From NCBI RefSeq assembly GCF_964204645.1, contig NC_134030.1:9575222-9639221 (forward strand): a stretch of 64,000 nt of DNA, in the 5' to 3' direction. This document shows positions 14,074 to 26,151 of the stretch, piece after piece. A program made the translations under genes and the position numbers. The notes beneath the pieces were generated by a model. The model saw nothing but the letters and a program-made list of their open reading frames with translations. It was not told the origin of the DNA and searched no databases. Position 1 is the stretch's first letter, and the number at the start of each line of letters is the position of its first letter. This DNA comes from Tubulanus polymorphus (taxonomy: Eukaryota > Animalia > Nemertea).

Positions 14074-17000
14074 CACGGCGAATGTTCTAGTCGAGAGAAA
14101 ATCCTCTTTCCAAACTCGTAAACTAGCGTACATTTCTCAACAACGACAAAAACTTCGATTCACTAGTTTTTTGCCACTTATCCTGCGGTTTTCTCTGATA
14201 AACTCCCCTCTTTCAAAACAATATCGTGTGAGTATGAAATGTCCTCTAAGATGACGTTCCTCCTGTCAATTCGATTACGGTATCAACTTGTTCAGCTACT
14301 TTCACATCCAAAGTCGTCTGAATTCAAAACCCCTAACATTTTCTTCTTCGTTTTCACAATTCGAAATGTCGATCTGGAATGCGTTCTCGATTAGATACTA
14401 AACAACTGCTTATATGTTACTCGGTCCAACTTGAAGTTCGCAGTTCACCGGAAAAATGTCACACCACCGTACCAGTCCTATATACAGTTTATTTTCTTGT
14501 CCATTCGAGAAAAGTAACATCCAGCGTTAAGCGGAGCAGGTTTATCGAGTCGATTCGATAACAAGGCAATCAATGAAAAGAAAACTTTCCTAGGTTCTGG
14601 TTATCAGTACTATTGGACAAATATGTCACCCTGTTTACATGGCGTAAACATTTTCACGCTCGGCGAATCGTTCGCGCATATTTACCACCAAAACAATGCT
14701 GGCAAAATCCTTAATTCCTTCGATGAATGCGCGTTATTAAAGTGCAATGCGGTATTGTTTCGCAGTGAATAAGAACGACCGCATGCGGTCCGATTTTCAG
14801 TATACCGGCCACTCCTGAAAATCCACGCGCGCCTGACCCAGTTACTTAAGATCCGAGCGGGTTTTCCGCACATGCGCCTCGGAATATCCCGCCCAAATGC
14901 GGAACTGCACTATCCCCGCCATAGTTTGGCAAACCGCACAAATAAAGAACACGACAAAAGTTCCCCACCTGAAAACCGCGGATAAACGTCAAAATGTGAC
15001 ACAGGCAACAGTTTTAGGCAGAACTTTATGGGCGGGTGAACATGAATCAAAAATCAGAAAACGAATCAAAAATCGTTCGCATTGCCTTTCACTACCATAG
15101 AACGTATTGAATATATCGTTTTTATCACTACTCATATATTGAAACGTATTGGATACATCGTTTTTTCTTTTTTCTTTAGTTATCTATTCATTAATTCAAA
15201 TTAATCCGACAGTAAGTAAAAACCGTCGAAAAACAATTTCTGAAACATGCGAATGAAATAAATAAAGAACTGATTATTCTCAAAGTCAAAACACGGAAAT
15301 ACCGCGAATACCGCGGAAACGTTGACGAGCTTGGAAAAATTATCTCATTAGCGTGAATTTCATTCTATTGCCTAATTCATACCGGTATTTACCGAGAGCA
15401 ACGCGATGATTACCGCTAGATGGCGAAAGAGTCGTTACTTTTTAAACGCGTATGATTTCTGAGTACGATTTGTTGCCGTCATTTTCATTTATATATCTCA
15501 TGTTACCAGGAAGCTTGCTGAAAATATACTTCTTCTGAAAATCGAAATGCATATATATATGTTCCACGCGGTTGCGGTGGAGATATACATACTAACATCA
15601 CTGAGCCATATCAGCCAGAGGTGCAAAATTATATTGCCAATGACAACCATATACACATCGAATCTCGAATTGCGCGGTATTGCGGATGACTGTGGTACAT
15701 AATACATAATTTAGAAGTAACTGGGGGAAATTTCATCGTGATTTCGAATTCATAACGTACAATGAAGGCCAGCAGACGTATTGATGCATCGCCCGGGAAA
15801 GCCTTTCGGTGCATTTGTGTCAGCAGGACCTCCGCACAATATCCAGCTCGTAATGTGGATGTCGATGTTGAGTCTCCCAAATCAACGCCGTCATTAAAAA
15901 ATGTGAGTGCGAACGAACGTGAGCTCGTATTTGAGCAACTCGACTGGATATCCTGAAAACCTAATTGGTAATTAGTTCGAGGCTGTTGGGGTACTAGAAG
16001 GGATTTCAGGGGCACAATATGACCATCGAGTAAATGGAGAGTATATACGTACATCTGTACTACTGAAATTAAACATAAGGCTATAAAAATAAAACGTCGT
16101 TCCTCCGTATCTCCGTCGCTTGTATCAACTGCAATTAGATTTGTAATCAGTTAATTTCTATAGCTACCGGACCTGTTATGAATATAGCCTGATTATGATT
16201 TAAGAAAAGTGATGTAAGCGGCCGGCCGGGTCATTTTTTAAGCTCAGCAGATGGAGAAATAATGTATCAATTTTTTGGCCTAAGCTTCAGTAGTAAAAAA
16301 TTATCATATACTATAAAAAGAACATTCGCAAGTTAATGAAGTCATCAAAAACGAGAAGATTGAACTAACGATAAAAAGCCGCAGTTAGATCTGTAGAAAC
16401 AGTTTGTTTCCTTACTGTTTCTTCGAGGTTAAAACTAAACCTCAATTCTTCAGGGGAACAAAAATACGTGTTTGTATATGAATGTTTTTATTCGTTAACT
16501 CTACACTGAGATTTATATCAGTTCACTGCAGTCACGAGCAGATTGATTCTCACAGGCAACTGAAAACTCCCTAATCTGGGCTGACGGGAGCGGCGTTGCC
16601 CTGTACACAATTCGGCGGGTTCGTCGAGAAACATTCACTGATGGTGATCCTGAAAATCGCGACAACCGTTACGCACTACGATACGATGAGCCCCGATAGG
16701 ATAATGCGTAAAGTGTATACGACATGATTGAGCACTTAGTCGGGTTGTGCAAATAAAAGATAACCTTCGTAATTCCCTTCGGTAACCCGCACGATGCGCA
16801 GCGATCAATCGACGGCGCTTCGAAAAAAGGCGCTTAACGATATTTTCGCTAATCTTCGACGATGCGCGGCGAATCGATTCGTTTTATTACGTAGGTTAAA
16901 ATTTCGAAATGAACTGAAAAAAGGCGACACACAAATTACCGCAACGCAAATTGTTTTGAAGAAAAACAACAAAAAAAACGATGTCTGAGGCTATGGGCTA

Positions 17001-17527
17001 TAGAGCACGCATGGAGTACTTAAGTGTGTACCGGGTGCAGAATAGACCCTGGATGATTGTGTCGTTCGGTTTGGGTGTGGTATTAAGAATCAATTTACAA
17101 TTGAAGCACGTCATAATACAGCGTCTTCTGAAAACTATTGTGCATCTTTTTTCCCATATAAAAGACCATAAATTCATATGGCGTACTATAGTAAAGTATT
17201 GGATTCAGAATGAAATATTTGTGATAACGAAGAAAGTACTCGGCACGAATTTCTGCCTGTATTTCAGTTTCTACAACATCGTTGCCTGTTTTTCAGTTTT
17301 ACGTGAACTCGTTCTATCAAAATACAAAAAAGAAAAAACTTTCGGTTGAATTGACATTCGCGACATGTATCCGATTCTTAAGACTCGCTGCCTTCTCAAG
17401 GCGTGAAAACTACATTTTGTACATCAAACGTCAAAATGAACGACGTATATAAGAATCACGATATATACCGTCTTGTCAACCTGAAAAATATGTTAAGGGC
17501 GGGTATGATATGACGAAAAACGCTTAC

Positions 17528-20500
17528 CTCTATGATAAGTAGAAACGATATTGCCGATGTATCTCCTATCGACTTCGAGACAATAACTGCCGTTTTTAAC
17601 ACTGCTCGACTGGTAGCAATCTAATTCTGAAGTTGGAGCTGTAACAAGTTGGAAAATATGAAGTCGTTATATGTAGTTATATGGAGACGCCTAAGATATA
17701 TCTTAGAGCAATGCAAATAACTATTTCTTTCCGGAGAAGATGTGGAATATGTGTCAATTTGAAGAATTCAAAAATGATTTACATCGGGTTCTACGGCGAA
17801 GAGAATACACGATTTATATTCCAACCTTTAAATAAGTAACCACCATAATAAATACTATTTATTAGCATGATATGAAACGTTTAGAAACTTGTTACTTTCA
17901 TCTTAAGGTTTTTGTTTTTTTTTAAATCTCTGAATATATAAGTTGAGCTTGACATTGAGCTTAAAATCAATGCAACTTAGATATCTATGATGAAATTATG
18001 AAGGAATTGATTTCATCTACACGAAGACATGAACATGTAACGCACGGTTATCATCATGATATTTCCAAAATTTATAGCATCATTTTCTGCTTTGCACACA
18101 ATTGAATATGAACCGGTTGAACCTATATGGCATAGGGATTAGTGAAGTATATAATTCTTGTACGAACTAACTGTAATAGATTATATAATCTCTGAATATA
18201 TGAATGAGGTATATCTATAAAACCAGATGTTCATGACAAGTGGACTTCAATAGATCGATGGGTAAATATTGGCTGAAAATATGAATATAAATGCATATTT
18301 TAATTATAGATATCTATTGTGATATCATATTCTCCGTAGGACAATATGAATTAAAAAAGCATATCTTTTTCACCAGAGATAGAGCGCCGTGAAACACCTG
18401 TTTGTCCGGGAGTTATCCAAAGTCTGGGAAATAGCTCATATATATTGTAACGTATTATTTTGCAACCTATCGCAAGATATCTATATATCTATAGTATTCG
18501 AACGTATAAAGAATTATTTCGATCCAACATGGGAACAAGAATCAAATCGATATTTTTCTCAAGATTAATACGTTGAGTCCCTCTTTAAATGATGATAGTT
18601 AAAATCGTAAAAATCATAAAATATGGGAAGCTTACTTTGTGTGCCTATGGTGATTTTGCGGGAGTACGCTGTACGTTCCGGCTCCATCGGCAAAGGGCAC
18701 AGGTTTTCCGGACGGATGGTGGCATTCGCGTCCAACGCGTCCGGTAACCCGACTCCGAGATCTTCGGAAAGATTCGACAATCGTTTCGTGTTGATATTGC
18801 ACACAAATTTACCGTTCGCGCCAAAATCGGGTGAACCGTCAACGCAGTCGTCGTCGTGGTCTTCCGACATGGCGACGCCTAGATCTTCCGACAATTCGGA
18901 CAGTCTCTTGTAACTTTCTCCTTTGCCGGGAGACAGTTTAATGTTTCCTACTTGCTCCGGTGAATTCGACCGCTTGTCGCCGGCATCGGCCAAAACAACG
19001 ATATCGTTAGCGACTAGATCGAAAACATCATCTGATATTAACGACCCGAGCGAAACATCCTCGGATAAAACTGGTGACTTTCTAATCTCGGGTTTCTTTT
19101 TATCTGCTGACGAAAACGAAAATACGCGACAGTTCTTCACGCTTAGATCCGCGCTCGGGGATAGATTGGATTGTTTCTTGTGCGTTCTGCTGGAAAATGC
19201 GGAGATTCGTAGCGTTTTATGCTCATCGTTCGTTTTGATACAATCTAAACCGATTTGATCATGAATCAGAGCGCTCGATAGCGATTCCCCTGACGACAGC
19301 AAATCGCTACATTCCAAAGATGTCCGGTCATCTTTTGAAGTAGCTTCTACTGATTTTGTAAGATGTTCGGAGTTTTCTACATTAAGCGCCCCGGGCCATT
19401 CGCTATGAACACCGTCGACCGATCGACCAGTTTGATGTGCTGCTTCTGGACTAGCTCTATTTCCAGCAGTAATACTTTTGACTGAAAACAAATGATTGAA
19501 TACATAGAACAAAATTCCAAAATACACGATTAAGCTCGAATATCACGATTTTGATACTATATACCTTTGCGTTCTGAGGAACCCGTAATGCAGTTCTCTT
19601 GGAGAAGATTTATACCAATGGCAAGGTCATCATCGTCGTCTGGTTCTGTCGGCGATTCTGTCGAAAAGATGAAGAAAATGGAATTGAAGATCCTGACCGC
19701 GAATTAAACCTTCGTACCCGCCCACAAAGCCCTGTTTTCCATTACTGACACAACTCAAAATACAATGAGCAAACGGACTTTTCCTAATTCCTCGCATAAT
19801 CTATTGCTACAATGATTGATTGTTATTATATTTTCATACTGTATCGTATTGTATAATTACATATCTTTGTATCAATCTATTATGCAAAATAAACTATACC
19901 TAGAAAACGAAATCTCTCATTTTCGTTTCTCTGATGATGGATTTTTCGCAAAGCTTCGAAACTGTTATAGATTAGAATAAATTATTTTATCAACCTGTAT
20001 TATCAACTGTAGCTTTTGTGGTAATGAATGCTGAGATTTCAGTCTACAGCCGCGATCACGGGCCAGGATGACCCAGGCACGGATCAGGCTCGAGCCAAAT
20101 TTGGCCCGTGCCTAATTAGAGAGCGCTCAGGCCTGACACCCGTGCGAACAGTAGTTGTTCCGGGTCAAATTTAGCATGGGCCAAAAAACACTCGTGTGAT
20201 AACGGCTTATCGGTCGTCAAAATACAATTATTGCCCATCAATGAGAAAGTTATTCAACTTCAAAGTGACGATTCTTCGGTCTAGAAAGTCTTCATTAATG
20301 GAAGTCTGTTGTACATGTCAAAATCATCGAAAATACCAATTTGACTAATCAACAGGAAAAGAAGTAACATTCGCTATGTACGTCTTGGTGGTTCGCGTAA
20401 TAGCTAGAATTCGATTTATCAATTCGATATGGAAAAAAAATCAATTTTCAGCAAAACGAATTTCCGCTATGCCTTCAAATCGTCGACGAATTGCACGTCA

Positions 20501-23500
20501 CGCCGCAATCGACCCATCGACAATTTCTAAACAACTTTTTGTATTCTGTTTTTAACCGGTGATATACGCTCTTCAAACCGTTAATAGCGGAATCGTGTCA
20601 ACAATATGCCGTTCGTTTATTAAAGGCCACGGAGAGCTTTTTGACACTGTGTTTTGTAGAGGATTCAAAGCGCAATTAACACACAAAAATATCCGTTCAT
20701 CGTTTTCACCCGAGTTCGCGTGAAGTTTCGCATGTTTTGATAAGAATATTAGTAGTTATCCAGGCCGCGTATTGTCGTCGGAACAAACGAAATCGGCCGA
20801 GGACGAGCAGATAGTCGGCAGTTATTAATCATTACAACTAACCGAAAAATGTATTTAGGGGAAAAGAGTTTATTCACGCTGTCAATGTTCGTTCATTGAA
20901 TGCTTTGGATTTTCATAATGCGAGAAAATAATCTGTTCCAAAGCGTGTAGCTAAATGAGCAACGGTATAAGGCCGTTGCATGCTAAGGGCAGACGAAAAC
21001 GATATCTCTCCTAAGAAAGAGAAAATGTTTGTTCTCTGGTTTCATCGAGATTTCCGGGAAATTAGTCAAATCTACGTCAGAGGCTAAAATAAAATAATCT
21101 CCTAATCGGCCGGGTCACTTTTGTAAACTGCAAAACAATTTGTAATGTCCATATCTATAGCTGTCAGGTTATTTTTAGCTCGATCACGATTTGACCCTCT
21201 AGGGCATACGGTTGCATATTCGCAACATGAAGTTTGCGCAGCGGCCCAAAAAAGTACAGGGTAGTTAGGCGGCCACCCGGGTCAACTTTTAACCTCATCA
21301 GGAATGAGAAACCAGGTATAATTTTTTTAGCCAGAACACCTCCCAAATCCGATTCGATTATGGAAGTGAACCTTTTACCATTTAGATAACAGTTCGTTCC
21401 AATAGCCAAAAATTCAGAGTAGAATATTCTATTGGTCCTCAACCTGTGTTGTCCGAGTTAGGTTAATCTATTTCGGACGTGAAATTGACTTCGCCCGTGT
21501 ATTGGACAAACGTCGCACTAATTTCAGTAATTGCACTTATCAGATACTTAACTTGTCGGTCACGTACGTATACGAATTATGCACTTGAAAAGCGCTATAG
21601 AAGTATTCGAGTAAATTAAGATTTCTATTTGCCCGGCATTGATTATTGTCAAACGGCGCAAACAAGCGAGGGAAATAGATTATTGGCCTGAGTTTACTTA
21701 GCCTGCCTTTTACCACTGCCAAATATCAGCGGAACCCCACTGGTGCGACCGCGAACACCTCGCCTGGATAACCGTCGATAAATCGAAGAAAGTAATTGTG
21801 CCTTTTGTAAAGCCATAATGAGACTTTTCTCTGGGGATTATTTTACGCATTGAAACCAGCGACTCGTACGAGTGTTCCTGATTGACCCGTCTTTCCCGAC
21901 CTCTACGGGTACCTAACGAATGGATATCCTGTACTTAAAGTTGTGTTGTTTCTCCCAACTACCTGTTGGTCTAAAAAAGGTACCGAGAATACGTGTTTGT
22001 CACGTAGTTACGTTTAGAAAATGCCTATGTAACGATTCCAGGTAATGATACCAGAGGTAAAAGTTAGTATAGGTAGTAACGAGAGAAATCCCACAATAAA
22101 TCGGCCAAAAATGAAAAGTTCTATATTAAAATGATTTCATTTCGCGCAACGAAATGCTATTAGCCATCATCAGTCGTATTGATGATCAGTATCCGGCATG
22201 CCGTCCTTTTTCAACAGGTAAGTGCTCCTTTTCGTGGCAAAAGCCCTTTTTATTGAAATAGAACTGCCCCTCAAAAAAGCTCTGCACGGGCCTGTACTTC
22301 AGAAAAGTTCTACACGCTCACAGTTACCTACTTTAACATCGAAAATTCAAGCAATTTCTCTTGCCTGGTTTTATTACGATTTCTTTTTTTCGTAAAACAC
22401 AATAACATTTCAAAAGCGCCAAACTCTCATACGATACCAGAGCTTTATCGATAAATTAGACGAAATTTTTCGATGAAGTGTTTGAGTGTTGTAAATAGAG
22501 ACTTGTCCACTTGACGGACCGCTGCAAAACTCGGGTGATCGCGTTCGATCGTTATTCAAGGTTTATTCAGATGTATTTGAATAAGTACCGCGTGTTATTC
22601 TATAATATATAGTTTACGCGCAGATAGAATTTTCCAACGTGCGACGCGAGTTTAACGAGTAAGAGTCATTATCAACTAATTTTCGAAGCTTTATCGATAT
22701 TGCGTGTGTTCGAATGGGGAGAGGAGTTTGTATTATGTGACGGTTGACGTAAAACGATACGATGAAATGAGTGCGTCGAATATTTTCTGTTTCCCAGAAT
22801 GAATTGTTTGTGACACAATCCAATATTGCGCGCAATTTAGGCCGCTTTTAAATAGTTATATTACGGATCCGACGACGACCTTTCCCGATTTCTAGGTATC
22901 GAAAACGTTCATTTTTTATTTTTTACTCACCACCCCCTCATTTCTATACACACTTTAGATATGGAGATAAAAATAAATATTTATAATTCATTCCACTGCC
23001 ACATCATCTTTTGACGTTACACACAAAAAATCGCGGTGGACAATGATGGTATTCTTTGGATGTTTTTTTGTCGTGTTCTTTCAGTAAATAGCGTGGCTTG
23101 CAAAAATTGCGGCATCAGTTTTAAGTGGAGGCGATAAATATTCGGGTATCATTATCTAAAAGGACGAAAAAAATAAAGCAATTTTGACGAACTTCTCTAT
23201 CTCAAAATGGCACTTCGATGTCCAAAAAGGCAATATTATGTCACTGAGGGCTCCGTACACGGGTCGCCCAGCTGTTCTATGGTAATGAAAAAATCTGATG
23301 GACTTTAACAAGTCTCAAAAGTACACCTGGATCCGCAATCATGGACTTATTGGATATATAGTGAACTATTATACATTTCAGAGTCCGTGGATATGTCCAA
23401 TGGAAAGTCCTGGCTGACCAGACATCTGCCATCGTGAGCTGGAAAGTCATTAACACACTAGTTTTGAATTCCTAGCCGGACATACACGCAACAGCTGACG

Positions 23501-24913
23501 TTGTTTGGCAATCGGATTAGACCATCGCATATCAGACGCTATCGGAACTTGGACATATTATTACGTCATTACATTATAACCGTTATTTAAGCGACGGAAA
23601 ACGAGTACAATACAACGAGTAAATCACAACCACGTTTACAGAAAAGAAGGTGCTTTCCACATCCAACGACAACTATCTCTGTTTTCTATTATGTCAAGTT
23701 ATTTTCGTTGTTTCAATTAAAAGAGCCTCGACAATAGACAAAAATAAAGCAAAACCCATTATCGCATTAAATATCGGTTACACAGAATTCTTTGTCAATG
23801 CGACCTGTATTTTAGATATAGGCGGTTCTTTGAAGTTTGAAAGACAACTTGAGCTACGGGCCATGACATAATTCTAAATCTAAAATCTAAGCCTGTATTC
23901 GTAGCTCTTAATTTCGCAACCTACGGAATTCGATTCGAAAATGCACCGAAGAAAAACATACGTATAGATAACGACTTCGACGTCGTCGAGTCCTCGGGGC
24001 TCAACACACGCGAAATACTCAAGTCTATCCCTCGATATAGAAGCTTTGCGTAGAAAGATAATCCGCGTAGGAGTCGTGAATAATGATAGCTTAACCCGAC
24101 ATATACAAATGGCTAACGGAGGGGACACCTAAGCTGCTTTATGTATTTCCAAATTAGGGATAAGGATGCACTAAATGACATACCGAATTCTTATTGGCCC
24201 AATTCTTTGGCATTTTTGATCTATTTTATATCACAAAAAGCGGATATACTTAATTACTTGTCATTGTGACGAGCCACTTTCCATTTAGTTTCGGAGTAAG
24301 ACAGTGGCCCCTTGAACTTTTGAAAAAGTGCTTTTTTGGCAAATATTATTGTTATTTCATAAAGAACTGCCCTTTTTCTGGTTTCCTTGCCCCCGAAAAT
24401 TCAAATGCTATCTACGGCCCTGAGTCGGCATTATCAGCTCGCCGATACCGCAGCTTATATACTACTATCATTGAATTAACATTACGAGGTGCAACGCCCT
24501 ACGATTCCGCTATAAAGACGTGTTAATTATCCCTACGAGGATCCGATTGCGTAAACATGACGTACATGGAGAGTATCACATCTTCAACCGCAATAACCTG
24601 TATACAACCATGGACTCTAAAACGAATTAGAGTCGTTTTAGAATCGTTTTAGAGTCCATGATACAACCGAGACCTCCTCGCGAACTGAATCACCATCTTT
24701 TTCTGGTGAAGATCTCAACCTAGGCCTCATTTATCATGTCGACTATATCTAGTTGTCAAATTATAATCTACGACCGTGTACACATATAGATAATAACGAT
24801 TATCAAAGCAAAATTGAAAATGTTTACACGCGATACTTACTGATTTCGATCTGAGATTGTGACGTCACCGTGGGCACCTGCTTTGCCCGGCTCTTTTTTC
24901 TCCATTTGAGCAT
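17528..24913 (-). CDS. Multi-exon gene for an acidic/Ser-rich low-complexity protein of unknown family (3' end unresolved)
   Basis: Exons 24841-24913 (MLKWRKKSRAKQVPTVTSQSQIEI|gtaagt), 19565-19657, 18636-19481 (within ORF 18565..19527) and 17528-17638. All are GT-AG, and every intron is phase 1. A further exon at 16554-16649 is possible. No recognisable globular domain. Confidence 0.65.
18636..19481 (-). CDS. Large internal exon of the unknown low-complexity protein
   Basis: 846-nt open exon, ttttcag / gtaagc; contains two KRLS(E/N)LSEDLGV motifs. Confidence 0.8.
21107..21345. repeat. Dispersed repeat family; related pieces at about 4785-4850, 16130-16285 and 49272-49462
   Basis: Shared ggccgggtca...tttgtaat... 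and cgggtcaact...aatgagaaaccaggtataatttttt motifs. Confidence 0.5.
24609..24660. mobile_element. 52-bp micro-MITE with CATGGAC termini and 7-bp TSD
   Basis: ATACAAC|CATGGACTCTAAAACGA...TCGTTTTAGAGTCCATG|ATACAAC. Confidence 0.7.
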
Positions 24914-26041
24914 CGTGCGTTTATATTCTTGGTCATCGGATAAACCGAATCTATATTGTCTTCGGTCCGTATGTCTCGTCAATCTAGATTAACGTGGATT
25001 TTCTAGTATCTATGTGACTAGTTTGTTGGTACTTAAAGTAATCCTAATCCGCGCAAAGAAAATGCATTATTACGCCTCGGTTAAGCCGCAGTTAGTTTAA
25101 TCCGTGTTTTGTTCCTTCCGACGCATTGTTTTGACCGGATGTGACATATGAAAAACTGCTTTCCGACACGGTTCATATAGTTCGTGTCAACGTATTATCC
25201 GCCATGTGTGATGACGTACGCGGCACGAGCAACGTGATGTAGAAATCCCTGATGTAGAAAGACCTCGATCTGTAGCTCAGAGATCCTATAAAAAAAATTA
25301 GAAGCACATTAAACACCGGCCTGTTACAAAACCTGCTTTTTTCTTCCAAGAGAGCTAGCTAATAGGTAGCTAGCCGTATGGACATTTCCATATTTACCAT
25401 AGCTCTCAGTTGTGACGTAAAAACATAAACAAGCATTGTATATCTGTTTTGATTAAAGAGATATTCGAGCCCTATATACACACGCACGCATGCATTCCCC
25501 ACTCAAAAAATAAGCGGCGTTGAAGAGTCGGGAGTTATTGTTTCCGCGGCGTAAAAATCTATTCGCGCGTTATACGTAGGTTCGCAGTTGGATATCGTAA
25601 CGAGTCGAAATTTCATTGAATGAAGTGCCATTTCAGTTCTCTGCGGCGCTGCCGTCGGCGGAACATGCCGATAAAATTGTATGTAAAAATGTATAATAAA
25701 CGATTGTAAGCCACACAGTCTGTGATGATATATCGGATTATATGCGTTAACCGATATTTCCCGATGGCGATTATTGAGCTCTAATTTGCGAACGCTATTT
25801 ACCGAGCTGCTCTAATGTCATAGTTAGCACAGATTGTTTTTATACTCGTCTCTACGTGAATATCTATTCTACGAAATACCAAGGAAATCAATTCATCTCT
25901 AATTCGGTATTTACCACGATTAAAAGACTGTATACCTTTCTGAAGACAGTTCCACAGTTGTTTGACATTATCACGCAGTTGATTTTCGATGATTTTACTG
26001 AAGTTAGATTCTAACCAAAATGTATGGGATCAACAAGTTCA

Positions 26042-26151
26042 GGATCCAGTTTTACAGTTGTGAGTTAAGATTTGACTCTGAGTTAACTGATTGAAAATGA
26101 ACTGATTTTAAACTCAGAGTCAACTCTAACTCACCACTGTGGAACTGGATC
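26042..26151. mobile_element. Harbinger-like MITE (CWG TSD); relatives at about 33551-33719 and 61885-62014
   Basis: cag|GATCCAGTTTTACAG...CTGTGGAACTGGATC|cag; the 61.9-kb copy reads ctg|GGCCCGATTTCAC...GTGAAACTGGGCC|ctg. Confidence 0.6.

Noticed and set aside
17469-17480. 12-nt micro-exon (tttttcag|GTTGACAAGACG|gtatat)
   Set aside because: It would need a 47-nt intron and gives an immediate stop in the required phase; unsupported
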